Below, in pieces: positions 18,755 through 29,058 of a DNA stretch of 64,000 nucleotides. The notes under the pieces are model-generated. The model made no database searches and was not told the origin of the DNA. It saw nothing but the letters and a program-made list of their open reading frames with translations. This stretch comes from Rickettsia typhi (GTDB taxonomy: Bacteria > Pseudomonadota > Alphaproteobacteria > Rickettsiales > UBA1997): the NCBI GenBank assembly GCA_945862535.1, contig CAMAYG010000005.1, forward strand, positions 19,952 to 83,951. Direction: 5' to 3'. Position 1 is the first letter of the stretch. Each line of letters starts with the position of its first letter. The translations under genes and the position numbers were made by a program.

Positions 18755-20023
18755 CTATTGGCTATTTGCTTTCATTAACTTATTAGCAATGGTAATAGGC
18801 AATAACAAATAATAGCCCCCTTTTGCAGAAAGATAAGAGGCACGATTTTCTGCCAAGGTGCCAGATCCAAAAAATATGTCACCACGAACCGCTCCTTTAA
18901 TGGCAGATCCAGCATCTTGAGCAATTAACAATCTGCGATAAATCTTGCTAAAACGATTATTATCCTGATCGAAATCTATTATTGTGGTATCTATCCATAT
19001 CGGCAAACCGAAAGTGATAAGGCTTTTATCTATTGCCAAACTTCTTTCTGGGGTAAGCGGGACGCCCTGAGAGCCGAAAACCTCTTCATATTCATTAATT
19101 TTAAAAAATATGAAAGATTTGTTGACATTCATTACCTCTGTTGATTTTTCCGAGTTCTCTTTTAGCCACTTTTTAATGTTCTTAGCATCGAGACTTCGAG
19201 ACTCTGTGAGGTTGTTTTCAAGTAAATATTTGCCAATAGAGCTGTATTCATGACCATTTTTACCATCAAAAACTAGACGAACAAAAGACCCATCTGCTAA
19301 TTTTACCCTACCAGAGCCTTGAATATGAAGAAAAAACAGCTCAACCTCGTCGTCGACAAATAAAAGCTCGAGATTTTTATTTGCCAAGGCTCCTTTGCCA
19401 ATTTCTTCTCTGGTAAAATATGGTTGCTGTGTGTTTTGCTTAAGGTCTGGAGGGCGACGATAAATTGGAAAACGAAATTTGCTATCTTTAACTAGGCTAC
19501 CATTAATTTCTGGATAATAATAACCTGTAAAGTTATAAAGACTGTTTCTGCCGTCTTCGCTAACTTTAAAAGGGACGAAGTAGTTTTCAAAAAATGCTTT
19601 AGATTCTTGTCTATCCATAGTTTTAACGGCTTCTGCCAAATCGCAAACATTGCGGAAATCTTCTGCGGTAGCAAGAAAATTGGTGTCTATTATCTGTTTT
19701 TGTGGCATTTTAGCAAATTTATCACAACTATGTAAAAATGCTCTGAGGGCTAATTGATGCTCGTCTTCTTGCCAATTTTGGATTTTTTGATAAGAGATAG
19801 GAGAAAGTTTAAGACCGTTGGCAAGCTTTATTTTTGAGTACTCCACTGGAAGAACCGCACAACAAACATTAGAAAGTAAGATTAAAAATAAGATAGGCAA
19901 AGTTAAATTATTAATATTTTTACTGCAATAAATTTTACCGACATAAATTTTATGGCAAGATTTATAATAATTTTTAGCTAGAACAAAAAAATCTTTTGCT
20001 AGTCTTAAATGTAGTGTAGACAC
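18755..20023 (-). CDS. mltA: membrane-bound lytic murein transglycosylase A
   Basis: It has the MltA-specific domain plus a C-terminal 3D-domain motif (IAQDAGSAIKGAVRGDIFFGSG). It uses a GTG start. Confidence 0.8.
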   Translation of the reverse strand: MSTLHLRLAKDFFVLAKNYYKSCHKIYVGKIYCSKNINNLTLPILFLILLSNVCCAVLPVEYSKIKLANGLKLSPISYQKIQNWQEDEHQLALRAFLHSCDKFAKMPQKQIIDTNFLATAEDFRNVCDLAEAVKTMDRQESKAFFENYFVPFKVSEDGRNSLYNFTGYYYPEINGSLVKDSKFRFPIYRRPPDLKQNTQQPYFTREEIGKGALANKNLELLFVDDEVELFFLHIQGSGRVKLADGSFVRLVFDGKNGHEYSSIGKYLLENNLTESRSLDAKNIKKWLKENSEKSTEVMNVNKSFIFFKINEYEEVFGSQGVPLTPERSLAIDKSLITFGLPIWIDTTIIDFDQDNNRFSKIYRRLLIAQDAGSAIKGAVRGDIFFGSGTLAENRASYLSAKGGYYLLLPITIANKLMKANSQ

Positions 20024-20093
20024 AATATTAATAATTATCGATAATAGATGGCATAACCATTTCCCGTGTTTAAAAAAATGCTATTATTTTAAC

Positions 20094-21038
20094 TTAATGA
20101 GCTTTTAGGCAAAATTCTAATATTGCCTTTTGAGCATGGAGACGGTTTTCCGCTTCATCAAAAATGATAGATTTTGCTCCATCTGCCACTTCTGCCGTTA
20201 CTTCATAGCCTCGATAAATTGGTAAACAATGGGTAAATATTGCATTTGGCTTTGCTGAATTTAGTAATTCTTGATTAATCTGAAACGACTGCAACTCTAA
20301 AACTTTTTGTTGCTTTGCTTTAACATCACCTTCGGCAATATCACCCATTGAAACCCAAGTATCGGAAATAAGAACATCGCTATTTTTAGCAAGATTCCTT
20401 GTATTTTCGCTCACAATGATTTTTGCCCCTTTTTCTTTTGCTTTGGCAATTTCGGCATCGCAAAAACTATAACTATCGGGCTTGGCAATTTGCAAAGTAA
20501 AGTTAAAAATTAACGATGCTTGAATGTAAGAATTTAGAACATTATTAGCATCGCCAAACCAAGTTAAAGTGAGATTAGCAACATTGCCAAGCTTTTCTTC
20601 TATTGCCATAATGCTTGCAACAACCTGACACGGATGAGAAAAATCTGTTAGACCGTTGATAACCGAGACATTGCTACTATTTGCAAAATCGAGAAGGGTT
20701 TGGTGATTATAACAGCGAATCATTACCGCATCAACCATTCTACTTAAAACTTTAGCAGTGTCGGCAACTGTTTCTCCTTTGCCAAGCTGAGTATCTGCCT
20801 TATTTAGCACAATAGCAGAACCGCCAAGATGATTAATTGCCACTTCAAAAGAAACCCTAGTGCGAGTCGAGGTTTTTTCAAAAATCATTGCCAAAGTTTT
20901 ATGGGGCAATATTTGTTTTTGTTGCTCTAAAGCTAAGTTATTTTTGAAAAACTTAGCTCTTTCAACAATCGATCTTAATTCTTGCAGAGTAAAATCGGCA
21001 ATATCGAGAAAATGTTTGGGCTTTTTTTGATTATTCAT
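20094..21038 (-). CDS. argF: ornithine carbamoyltransferase
   Basis: Motifs are FEKTSTRTRVSFE, SHPCQ, DTWVSMG and HCLP. The SMG and HCLP motifs distinguish OTCase from ATCase. Confidence 0.85.
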   Translation of the reverse strand: MNNQKKPKHFLDIADFTLQELRSIVERAKFFKNNLALEQQKQILPHKTLAMIFEKTSTRTRVSFEVAINHLGGSAIVLNKADTQLGKGETVADTAKVLSRMVDAVMIRCYNHQTLLDFANSSNVSVINGLTDFSHPCQVVASIMAIEEKLGNVANLTLTWFGDANNVLNSYIQASLIFNFTLQIAKPDSYSFCDAEIAKAKEKGAKIIVSENTRNLAKNSDVLISDTWVSMGDIAEGDVKAKQQKVLELQSFQINQELLNSAKPNAIFTHCLPIYRGYEVTAEVADGAKSIIFDEAENRLHAQKAILEFCLKAH

Positions 21039-21059
21039 AACGATAAATAGTTAATATTG

Positions 21060-22505
21060 TTAAAAATTAACAACAAGATTGTTTTGCTTCAATAGTTTTG
21101 TTAGTTGATTTTTTGCAAGATCTAGTTTTGCTTCCGAAGTTCCTTCGCATCGAATAATTAAAGCTGGCTGAGTATTAGAAGCCCTAATTAACCACCAACC
21201 ACCATCGAAATCGACCCTAATACCATCGATATTATTAAAAGAGATGCTTTCTAAATTTAGCTGATCTTGCATTTTTTCAATTATTTTAAATTTAGCATCG
21301 TCGCTAGTAGATATTTGAATTTCTTTGGTGGCAAATACTTTTGGCAAGATTTGCCTAATTTGCGAAAGCGGTTTTTTTTGTTGATATAAAATATTGATTA
21401 ACCTAATTGCAGCATATGCCGCATCGTCAAAACCGTAATAACGATCGGCAAAAAAGATATGCCCACTCATCTCGCCTGCAAGAACTGCCTTAGTTTCTTG
21501 CATTTTTGACTTAATAAAAGAATGACCTGTGCGACACATTATCGCATTGCCCCCCATAGATCTGATTGCTTCAAATAAGGTGCTACTAGCTTTAACATCG
21601 GCAATAATAGAGCTACCGGGTTTGGTAAGCAATATGTCGCTCGATAAAATTGCCAAAAGCTGATCACCCCATAAAACCTCTCCGCAATTATCGACAACCC
21701 CAATACGATCGGCATCGCCATCAAAAGCAATTCCTAGATCGCATTGATTTTTAACAACAAAATCTTTGAGTGCGGTAAGATTTTCCTCGACCGTCGGATC
21801 GGGATGATGATTAGGAAAATCACCATCAATTTCGGCAAATAAAAGATGATTTTCACTAAGAAGGATACTGCTTAATTTTGCTAGAAAGACTGCCGCCGCT
21901 CCGTTTCCAGCATCCCAAGCGATTTTTAGCGGCTCAGTTTCATTTGGCTCGTCTATTTCGTCTAATAAATGGCTTTGGCTTTTAGCAATAAGGCAATCTT
22001 CGGTAATTCTTTTAATATAGCTTGGCAAAATGTCGAAGGTTTCATAAGAGCCAGTTTCTTCGATAAAATTATTTCTTTCAAGAATATTTTGCAACTCTAG
22101 CAACTGATCGCCAAAAAAAGGCTGTTGGTTGAGAGTTATTTTGAAACCATTATGATCTTTCGGATTGTGAGAACCGGTAATCATAATTCCAGCATCGCAA
22201 TTGAGTTTTTTAACCGCAAAATAAAGCATTGGGGTTGCCACTAAACCAATATCAACAACACTAACCCCAGATTTCTCAAGACCAGCCAAAAGTTGTCTTT
22301 TGAGTAATGGCGAGCTAGTTCTGCCATCGCAACCAACTGCAATCTTAATAAAATTATTTGACGGCTGTAGCTGTAAAATATTTTGAAAAGCCACAACTAG
22401 GGATTTGGCTAAGAAATAAGCATCGATTTCGAACAAATTAGAGCCAAAAACTCCGCGAATATCATATGCTCGAACTATATTGGGGTTAAAATGATGAATT
22501 GTCAT
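21060..22505 (-). CDS. phosphomannomutase/phosphoglucomutase
   Basis: The active-site loop is GIMITGSHNPKDHNGFK. The metal-binding loop is FDGDADR, and GEMSGH is also present. Confidence 0.85.
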   Translation of the reverse strand: MTIHHFNPNIVRAYDIRGVFGSNLFEIDAYFLAKSLVVAFQNILQLQPSNNFIKIAVGCDGRTSSPLLKRQLLAGLEKSGVSVVDIGLVATPMLYFAVKKLNCDAGIMITGSHNPKDHNGFKITLNQQPFFGDQLLELQNILERNNFIEETGSYETFDILPSYIKRITEDCLIAKSQSHLLDEIDEPNETEPLKIAWDAGNGAAAVFLAKLSSILLSENHLLFAEIDGDFPNHHPDPTVEENLTALKDFVVKNQCDLGIAFDGDADRIGVVDNCGEVLWGDQLLAILSSDILLTKPGSSIIADVKASSTLFEAIRSMGGNAIMCRTGHSFIKSKMQETKAVLAGEMSGHIFFADRYYGFDDAAYAAIRLINILYQQKKPLSQIRQILPKVFATKEIQISTSDDAKFKIIEKMQDQLNLESISFNNIDGIRVDFDGGWWLIRASNTQPALIIRCEGTSEAKLDLAKNQLTKLLKQNNLVVNF

Positions 22506-22552
22506 TTAAAATATAAGATAAATGGTTAATAATTAAAAGGTTGTTGTAATTT

Positions 22553-22975
22553 TTAAGGATCTAGAAGGCCAGAACCGATTTGCTTTTGGTCTTGTTTATC
22601 CCAGCCAATATGTTCTGCCGAGGCACTTTCAGACCATTTATAGCAATCCTTACCCCCCAAACCCAGTCCCCCGTAGCAAGAATCGAGACTCATGCAATCT
22701 TTTTTACTAATTTTATTGCCAGAAATAGTCGAAAACGGCACCCATTCTTTGTTGCCACTTACATTTTCTTGCCAATAACATTGAGATCCGCCACCTAATG
22801 TTATGTCTTTTGGTTTAATATTATCGAAATTGTCCAGTAATTGCTGAGCGGCAGATTTCATAGAAAACAACACAATAACAAACAATGCAACAATTAAAAA
22901 CTTTAATGAAATTCTGGGCCTTAGTAATTTAACTATCAATTTAACGGGCAATTTAGAGGGCAATTTAAAAAGCAT
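22553..22975 (-). CDS. small secreted Cys-containing hypothetical protein
   Basis: The track ORF (to 23074) overlaps the rpe 3' end. The ATG at 22975 (MLFKLPSKLPVK...) removes the overlap. It has a TM/signal segment FLIVALFVIVLFSM, and the mature part has 5 Cys. Confidence 0.4.
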   Translation of the reverse strand: MLFKLPSKLPVKLIVKLLRPRISLKFLIVALFVIVLFSMKSAAQQLLDNFDNIKPKDITLGGGSQCYWQENVSGNKEWVPFSTISGNKISKKDCMSLDSCYGGLGLGGKDCYKWSESASAEHIGWDKQDQKQIGSGLLDP

Positions 22976-22997
22976 TTTTACTAAAGTGTTAAATTTA

Positions 22998-23657
22998 TTA
23001 TTTGGCAAGACAATTTCTAAGGTTGTCAATAGCTTGACCGTAATGTTGCGATTTAAAAATATAGGACCCGGCAATTAAAACATTTGCTCCGGCATTAATT
23101 ACCTTTTTAGCATTTTCATTATTAATACCACCATCAACAGCAATTTCAATGTTTCTACCGCTTTTAGCAACCATTTTTGCAATATTGCTAATTTTAACCA
23201 ATTGCGACTCGATAAATTTTTGTCCGCCAAATCCGGGGTTAACCGTCATAACTAGAATCAGATCAACCTTGTCAATAACATATTCTATTACCGATTCGTG
23301 AGTTGATGGAACAATAGAAACACCCACCTTCTTGCCAAAAGACCTAATTAGATCGAGCGAGCGATCGAGATGAATCGATGCCTCGGCATGAATTGTAATA
23401 ATGTCGGCACCTGCATTTGCAAAATTTAATATTTGTGAATCTGGGTTGTTAATCATCAGATGAACATCAAAAACCTTGTTGGTGTAAGGCTTTATCGCCG
23501 ATACAACATCTGCACCAATGGTAATATTAGGCACGAAGGCACCATCCATAACATCGATATGGATATAATCTGCTCCAGCTTTATCTATGGCAATAACTTC
23601 TTCGCCTAATTTGGCAAAATCTGCCGAAAGTATTGAGGGGGAAATTTTAATCTGCAT
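22998..23657 (-). CDS. rpe: ribulose-phosphate 3-epimerase
   Basis: Motifs are [17 protein letters not shown]...[21 protein letters not shown] and [12 protein letters not shown]. Confidence 0.9.
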   Translation of the reverse strand: MQIKISPSILSADFAKLGEEVIAIDKAGADYIHIDVMDGAFVPNITIGADVVSAIKPYTNKVFDVHLMINNPDSQILNFANAGADIITIHAEASIHLDRSLDLIRSFGKKVGVSIVPSTHESVIEYVIDKVDLILVMTVNPGFGGQKFIESQLVKISNIAKMVAKSGRNIEIAVDGGINNENAKKVINAGANVLIAGSYIFKSQHYGQAIDNLRNCLAK

Positions 23658-23702
23658 CTAAAATGGGTAAATTTATTAATAATTAACAGGCGAAATGGTA
23701 AA

Positions 23703-24332
23703 TTATTTACAAGAAACCGCAACGACATCGTATACCGAATGCTCCAATGAAGAAACGGAAGGGCTTGAGGCAAAAAGCCAGCCATAAAAAATTCTTTTAT
23801 CTTGATTTTTCTGCGGTTGGGTGGTTTTTTTGAAGTTATTTGATTGATCTTTTTGTATTTCAAAGATTTCAACCAGTATTTTTGCTTCTGGTTTTTGATA
23901 TTCTGGCGACTTCCAGCATTTATAAACAATAATATTCAGGTCTTCAAATTTTTGTTTTTTGTTGATATTGAAAGTAGTAACCAAGGTTTTTGAGTTGTTT
24001 TTATTAAGAATTTGCAAAGTTGCGATATTGGTAAAGTTTCTTGGATTGCTGTTTTCTTCTATTTGATTAATATCGATAGCGGGGGCAATGTTAGCGGTAA
24101 TATTGGGAACATTGGTGTTTTCACTGTTTTTTGGCTCTTCTTTTGACTCTTGCACTGTAGGTTTTTCGAGATTAACCGCCGTATTAACCTTATTTTCTTT
24201 AACATTTGCTGTTTCTTCCGCTTTACTGACTGTTTTTTCTATGGCAAAAGCATTAGAAAAACAAATAACGACAAAAAAAGCTATAAAGGAATAAAAATTA
24301 AAACGACTATTAAAGAAAAATTGGTGGAGCAT
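23703..24332 (-). CDS. secreted hypothetical protein, probably DUF2155-like
   Basis: The ATG at 24332 (MLHQFFFNSRFNFYSFIAFFVVICFSNAFA) avoids overlap with mlaD. The C-terminus IFYGWLFASSPSVSSLEHSVYDVVAVSC resembles, from memory, the alphaproteobacterial DUF2155 family that neighbours NDUFA12-like genes. Needs an HMM check. Confidence 0.5.
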   Translation of the reverse strand: MLHQFFFNSRFNFYSFIAFFVVICFSNAFAIEKTVSKAEETANVKENKVNTAVNLEKPTVQESKEEPKNSENTNVPNITANIAPAIDINQIEENSNPRNFTNIATLQILNKNNSKTLVTTFNINKKQKFEDLNIIVYKCWKSPEYQKPEAKILVEIFEIQKDQSNNFKKTTQPQKNQDKRIFYGWLFASSPSVSSLEHSVYDVVAVSCK

Positions 24333-24345
24333 AATTATTTTGGAA

Positions 24346-24816
24346 TTACTTTGAATTATTTGCTTTATTGTCATTGTTAAAAATAAACTTTCCAAGAAGA
24401 TCTTCAAAATTAACCGAGGACTGGGTAAAGGTAATTTCTTGATTATCGGTAAGATATTCGCTATCTCCGCCAATTTCAATGGCTAAAAACTTGCCTCCCA
24501 ATAAACCGTCGGAAGAAATTTTTGCCGAAGAATCTGTAGGTATTTTGATATCTTTTGCTACAGAAAAAACAATTTTTGCTTGGTAACTTTTTGGATCGAG
24601 CTTTGCCTCTGTAACTACCCCAACTTTTACCCCAGCAACCTTAACATCACTACCAACAGCAATACCGCCAACATTATTAAAACTAGCAACCAAACTATAT
24701 CCCACAGCAGAACTTTTAACATTTGCGGTTTTCATCGAACTAAAAAGAAAAAACAAAGCGCAAAATAACACAAAAAACCCAACAATAATTTCGAAATAAT
24801 TTTTATTTTTTGTCAT
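24346..24816 (-). CDS. mlaD: MlaD/MCE-domain outer-membrane lipid asymmetry protein
   Basis: It has an N-terminal TM helix followed by the MCE fold motif F.NVGGIAVGSDVKVAGVKVGVVTEAKLDPKSYQAKI. Confidence 0.8.
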   Translation of the reverse strand: MTKNKNYFEIIVGFFVLFCALFFLFSSMKTANVKSSAVGYSLVASFNNVGGIAVGSDVKVAGVKVGVVTEAKLDPKSYQAKIVFSVAKDIKIPTDSSAKISSDGLLGGKFLAIEIGGDSEYLTDNQEITFTQSSVNFEDLLGKFIFNNDNKANNSK

Positions 24817-24886
24817 GATTTTGTTACTTTGTTAATTAAATTGATTTATTGGCAAGGTTAAGATGCTAATTTATTAATAGTTTTTA

Positions 24887-25237
24887 CTAATTTTGTTCTT
24901 TATTTGGCGACCAAGATTGATAATTCTTTTTATGATAATGGGGCTTTGGCTGGTATTTGTGATTAGTGCCAGTAAGATTTGGCAAATAAGGTTTCTGCCA
25001 AGAATATTGCTGGTAATCGTTGATATCTTTACCGGGAATATTATCTGTTGCATAATGAAGCCATAATTTCCAAATTGGCGGAACCTTAGAGGGCTCGTTT
25101 AAACCTCGATAAATTACCATTCTTTTATGTTTTCCTTCGGAATCAAAAGACCTAGTAATAAAATATTGGTTGCCAAAAGAATCGACCCCCACCATTTTAG
25201 CAGAAAGCCTAATACAGATTTTATAAAAAGGATTCAT
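24887..25237 (-). CDS. NADH:ubiquinone oxidoreductase subunit NDUFA12-like protein
   Basis: VGVDSFGNQYF...KRMVIYRGLNEPSKVPPIWKLWLHYATDNIP matches the NDUFA12 family signature. Confidence 0.75.
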   Translation of the reverse strand: MNPFYKICIRLSAKMVGVDSFGNQYFITRSFDSEGKHKRMVIYRGLNEPSKVPPIWKLWLHYATDNIPGKDINDYQQYSWQKPYLPNLTGTNHKYQPKPHYHKKNYQSWSPNKEQN

Positions 25238-25504
25238 TACTTAAAAAAGATTACAAATTAATAAATAGCATAGCAAAATCAACAAAGACAATAGGTAAAG
25301 CGAAAAATCGTAGTAAAGAAAAAATAATAATCAAGCATTAAACTTATTGCAAAATAAAATATTTAGCTTTACCTTCTCAAAAATTAATTACTTTGGCAGT
25401 TATTTTATGGCCCTTACTGTGGCCAGCAACTTATGAGTTGAAATTTTTACCTGCAACTTACGAGTTGTAGGGCCCTCATTCTACATTTAACAACAAACCA
25501 AAAG

Positions 25505-26125
25505 ATGCTTTCAAAAATTAATCTTCACCACCAAGACTTACCAGATAATATTTTTTACAATCTAGAAAAAGCTTCGAGCATCGCTATCGATACAGAAACA
25601 ATGGGGCTAAATATCAAAAACAATCGCTTGTGTTTAGTGCAAATCTCTACTGGCGACAACACCTCTCATTTGGTTCAAATTAACCAAAATTATCAATGTC
25701 CCAATTTAAAAAAACTACTTAGCAATGAAAATATTTGCTTTATTTTTCACTTTGCCCGCTTCGATATTGCAACTCTGCAATATCACTTAAACATTAAGAT
25801 GAATAATTTTTTCTGCACCAAAATTGCCTCGAAACTTGTTCGCACCTACACAGATCATCACGGATTAAAAACATTGTGCGAAGAGATTGTTGGCATCGAA
25901 ATGTCTAAGAAACAACAAAGCTCGGATTGGGGAAGCGAAAAACTTAGCCAAAAACAACTAGATTATGCAGCTTCAGATGTTTTATATCTTCATAAAATCA
26001 AAGAAAAGCTAGAAAATATGCTAAACCGCGAAGGGAAAATGTTATTATTTCAACAGGCCCTAACTTTTTTGCCAACAAGAATAGAGCTAGATTTGCAAGG
26101 ATATGGCGACATTTTATCACATTAA
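25505..26125 (+). CDS. 3'-5' exonuclease, short RNase D-like (DEDD family)
   Basis: The Exo I motif is IAIDTETMGL. Also present are CLVQIS, FHFARFDIATL and the Exo III-like YAASDVLYLHKI. Confidence 0.75.
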   Translation: MLSKINLHHQDLPDNIFYNLEKASSIAIDTETMGLNIKNNRLCLVQISTGDNTSHLVQINQNYQCPNLKKLLSNENICFIFHFARFDIATLQYHLNIKMNNFFCTKIASKLVRTYTDHHGLKTLCEEIVGIEMSKKQQSSDWGSEKLSQKQLDYAASDVLYLHKIKEKLENMLNREGKMLLFQQALTFLPTRIELDLQGYGDILSH

Positions 26126-26275
26126 GCTAATATAATTTGATCGCAACATTGAAAACATTATTAAAATTAGCTAATTTTAATAAATAAAACTTGACAAAAA
26201 CCTTGTTAATTTTTAGATTAAAAAAGCTGATTGCCTAAATTTCGCTTCATTATTTTGCTCCATTATTAATAAGCT

Positions 26276-27082
26276 ATGAACAAGCTAGAAAACACAAACA
26301 AAATACAAGTTTTTATTTTTGCTGCTGGTCGGGGCGAGAGAATGAAACCCCTCACCAATACCACTCCAAAACCACTAGTGGAAATTAACAATAAGCCTTT
26401 AATAGGCCATATTCTAGAGCAAATCATCAACATTCCAGAAGTCGATAAAATAATTATAAATTGCCATTATTTAGCAGAGCAAATAATCAAATATTGCAAT
26501 AATTTTGCCCAACAACACCTAATTCAATCTAAAATCATCATTTCTCAAGAGCTAGAAAAGCTAGAAACAGGCGGAGGATTGCTATTTGCTAAAAATCTAA
26601 TAGATTGCACGAGACCGCTAATTACAATCAATGGCGATATAATTTTTCATAATAATCACGACATTTTAAGTATTTATCACAGATTTATCGAATATAAAAA
26701 GCAAAATATTGCTTGCGATATCTTGCTCGGGCTACAAGATAAGTCAAAATTTTTTGGCTACGATGGCGATGGAGACTTTAACCTTAGCGAAAATGGCTTA
26801 ATAACCAAGGAAAATATCAATAATTATGCTTTTATTGGCCTGCAAGTTGTTGATATTAGCAAAATATCAGATCTTGCCCCTTGCAACACTAATAATAAGC
26901 CCTTAACCGAATTCTCGATGTCGTATTTCTATAAGGAATTTATCAGGCAACAAGCAAAACCAGAACAAATGCAAGAAAATAAGAAAATTAATATTCGTGG
27001 CCACCCGCTACAACAGCAATATTACCACATCGGAACATTGCAAAACCTCGAAGATTGTCGTAAAAGTATCCCAACTCAATAA
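26276..27082 (+). CDS. sugar-phosphate nucleotidyltransferase (MurU-like)
   Basis: The N-terminal motif is VFIFAAGRGERMKPLTNTTPKPLVEINNKPLIGH. The C-terminal ~60 aa is atypical. Confidence 0.7.
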   Translation: MNKLENTNKIQVFIFAAGRGERMKPLTNTTPKPLVEINNKPLIGHILEQIINIPEVDKIIINCHYLAEQIIKYCNNFAQQHLIQSKIIISQELEKLETGGGLLFAKNLIDCTRPLITINGDIIFHNNHDILSIYHRFIEYKKQNIACDILLGLQDKSKFFGYDGDGDFNLSENGLITKENINNYAFIGLQVVDISKISDLAPCNTNNKPLTEFSMSYFYKEFIRQQAKPEQMQENKKINIRGHPLQQQYYHIGTLQNLEDCRKSIPTQ

Positions 27083-27104
27083 ATTAACAACCGATAAAAA
27101 CAAA

Positions 27105-28058
27105 ATGATAAAAATCTCTCGTTACCTTTTTGTAACATTACTCACTATAACTTCTTTAGTTTTTAGTTTTAACCGTGCCAATGCTTGCAATTGCGGTTGC
27201 AATATGTTTAATATCTCTACAAACTCTATTATTCCTGGAAAAAACGATAATTTACTTTATGTAGATTATCAATATCTTAATCAAAATCGTAATTGGCAAG
27301 AAACTTCAAAAGCAGATTCTAGCAAAAGTCATCATCTTAAAATTATTACCAAAACAGCCAATATTGGTTGGCAAAAATCTTTTAATGAAAACTACGGGCT
27401 CAGGGTAAATTTACCAATCATTGACAGAGCAATGACTAACCAACATCATAACAAGCAAGAAGTTATTAGTAACCGTAACATTGGCGACCTTAAACTTAGT
27501 GCCTATTTCAACGGAATAGAACCAGATTTATCTAGTGGCATTATTATTGGCATAAAACTTCCGACTGGCGATTATCGCGACAAAAACTTTATTGCCTCGT
27601 CGCAAATTGGCACCGCAACAACCGATATCGTTATCGGTGGCTATAAAATTTTCCACCCTCTTGTCAATAAAAACTTTTCTATCATCAATCAAATCAACTT
27701 TCAGCAACCAATATTAATTCACAGCAACTATCGCCCCGGCAAAGAATTAGCTTTCTCAACCGCTGTTGCTTATAATTTCAACAAAAAGGATTTTGGCAAT
27801 TATCAATTTAGCAACTATGTCAATTCGATATCGCCTTTATTACAACTTAATGCCATCACTAAAACACGAGATGCTGGGGCAAATGCTAGCAAAAAAAATA
27901 CTGGTTACGAGCAAATTTTTATCTCACCCGCTCTAGAAATTGCCATTTCAAAATTTAAGATTTACAACGAAATTCAATTACCAATTTATCGCGAGGTTAA
28001 TGGTATGCAACTAGTTGCAAACTACCTCTATCGCACTTTAATTTCTTATCAGTTCTAA
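27105..28058 (+). CDS. putative outer-membrane beta-barrel protein
   Basis: The ATG at 27105 gives the signal peptide MIKISRYLFVTLLTITSLVFSFNRANA. The C-terminus ends ...LISYQF. The track ORF start (26997) overlaps the preceding gene. Confidence 0.55.
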   Translation: MIKISRYLFVTLLTITSLVFSFNRANACNCGCNMFNISTNSIIPGKNDNLLYVDYQYLNQNRNWQETSKADSSKSHHLKIITKTANIGWQKSFNENYGLRVNLPIIDRAMTNQHHNKQEVISNRNIGDLKLSAYFNGIEPDLSSGIIIGIKLPTGDYRDKNFIASSQIGTATTDIVIGGYKIFHPLVNKNFSIINQINFQQPILIHSNYRPGKELAFSTAVAYNFNKKDFGNYQFSNYVNSISPLLQLNAITKTRDAGANASKKNTGYEQIFISPALEIAISKFKIYNEIQLPIYREVNGMQLVANYLYRTLISYQF

Positions 28059-28059
28059 A

Positions 28060-29058
28060 ATGAATAACAGCACAATTATCAACTCCGCAATAAGCACAAT
28101 AAAGCAAGAAATCAAAGGCTTGAACGATTTGCTAGACTTTTTTAACATCCCTGAAGATTGCGAAAACTTTAACAAGGCAATAAAATTAATTATCGATAAC
28201 CAAAAAAACTCTAACGGCAGAGTAATTTTAAGTGGAATGGGAAAAAGTGGTCATATTGCCAGTAAAATTGCCGCAACTTTTGCTTCAACAGGCACCCCCG
28301 CCTTTTTTGTTCACCCCGCAGAAGCTAGCCATGGCGACTTAGGAATGATAAGCAAAAACGATTTAGTAATTATTCTTTCTAATTCTGGCGAAAATAAAGA
28401 AATTCAAGATCTAATCTATTATTGCAGTAAATTTAACATTGCTGTTATTGGCATAACTCGCAATAAAAATTCTGAATTAGCAAAATTAAGCACCATTTCA
28501 TTAGTTTTACCAAATACGGCCGAGGCAAACCTATTAAAAGCTCCAACCACATCAACTACAATGATGCTTGCTTTAGGCGATGCAATTGCCGTTAGTTTAA
28601 TTAACGAAAAAAACATCAATATTGAAGATTATCGTAAATTTCACCCCGGCGGAAAACTAGGTATAGAAATGCTAAATGTATCAATGGTAATGCGAAACGG
28701 TAAAGACCTGCCAAAAGTTACAAAAACCGCCAATATTGCCGAGGTTCTATTAGAAATCAGCTCAAAATATTTGGGATGCACTGCGGTAGTAGAAAATAAC
28801 AAGCTGGTTGGAATAATTACCGATGGCGATATTCGTCGAGCAATTTTTAAAAATCAGGAAAATAACGATTTATTTTCTAGAAATGCATCTTTTATAATGA
28901 CCAACAACCCGTTAACAATAGCAAAAGACTTACTAGCGATTGAGGCGGTAAAAATTATGAATAACAATTCCGTTACTTGCCTTTTTATTGTTGATGACAA
29001 CGAAGATTTGATTGGCATTATCCATCTTCACGACTGCCTTAGATTGGGGTTAAATTAG
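28060..29058 (+). CDS. kpsF: arabinose-5-phosphate isomerase (SIS + tandem CBS)
   Basis: The motif GRVILSGMGKSGHIASKIAATFASTGTPAFFVHPAEASHGDLGM is followed by C-terminal CBS pairs. Confidence 0.9.
   Translation: MNNSTIINSAISTIKQEIKGLNDLLDFFNIPEDCENFNKAIKLIIDNQKNSNGRVILSGMGKSGHIASKIAATFASTGTPAFFVHPAEASHGDLGMISKNDLVIILSNSGENKEIQDLIYYCSKFNIAVIGITRNKNSELAKLSTISLVLPNTAEANLLKAPTTSTTMMLALGDAIAVSLINEKNINIEDYRKFHPGGKLGIEMLNVSMVMRNGKDLPKVTKTANIAEVLLEISSKYLGCTAVVENNKLVGIITDGDIRRAIFKNQENNDLFSRNASFIMTNNPLTIAKDLLAIEAVKIMNNNSVTCLFIVDDNEDLIGIIHLHDCLRLGLN

Noticed and set aside
26191-26219. Sigma70-like promoter TTGACA-17 nt-TAGATT upstream of the nucleotidyltransferase gene.
   Set aside because: The sequence match is real. 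In DNA this AT-rich such hexamer pairs arise by chance very often, so it is not reported as a feature without transcript-start data.
26997-27104. Upstream extension of the outer-membrane protein ORF (track start 26997); similar extensions exist for nuoJ (to 15725), the DUF2155-like gene (to 24479), the small secreted protein (to 23074) and the cupredoxin-like gene (from 62164).
   Set aside because: The extensions overlap the 3' ends of the preceding genes and precede obvious signal peptides that begin at internal ATGs. The shorter gene models were used.
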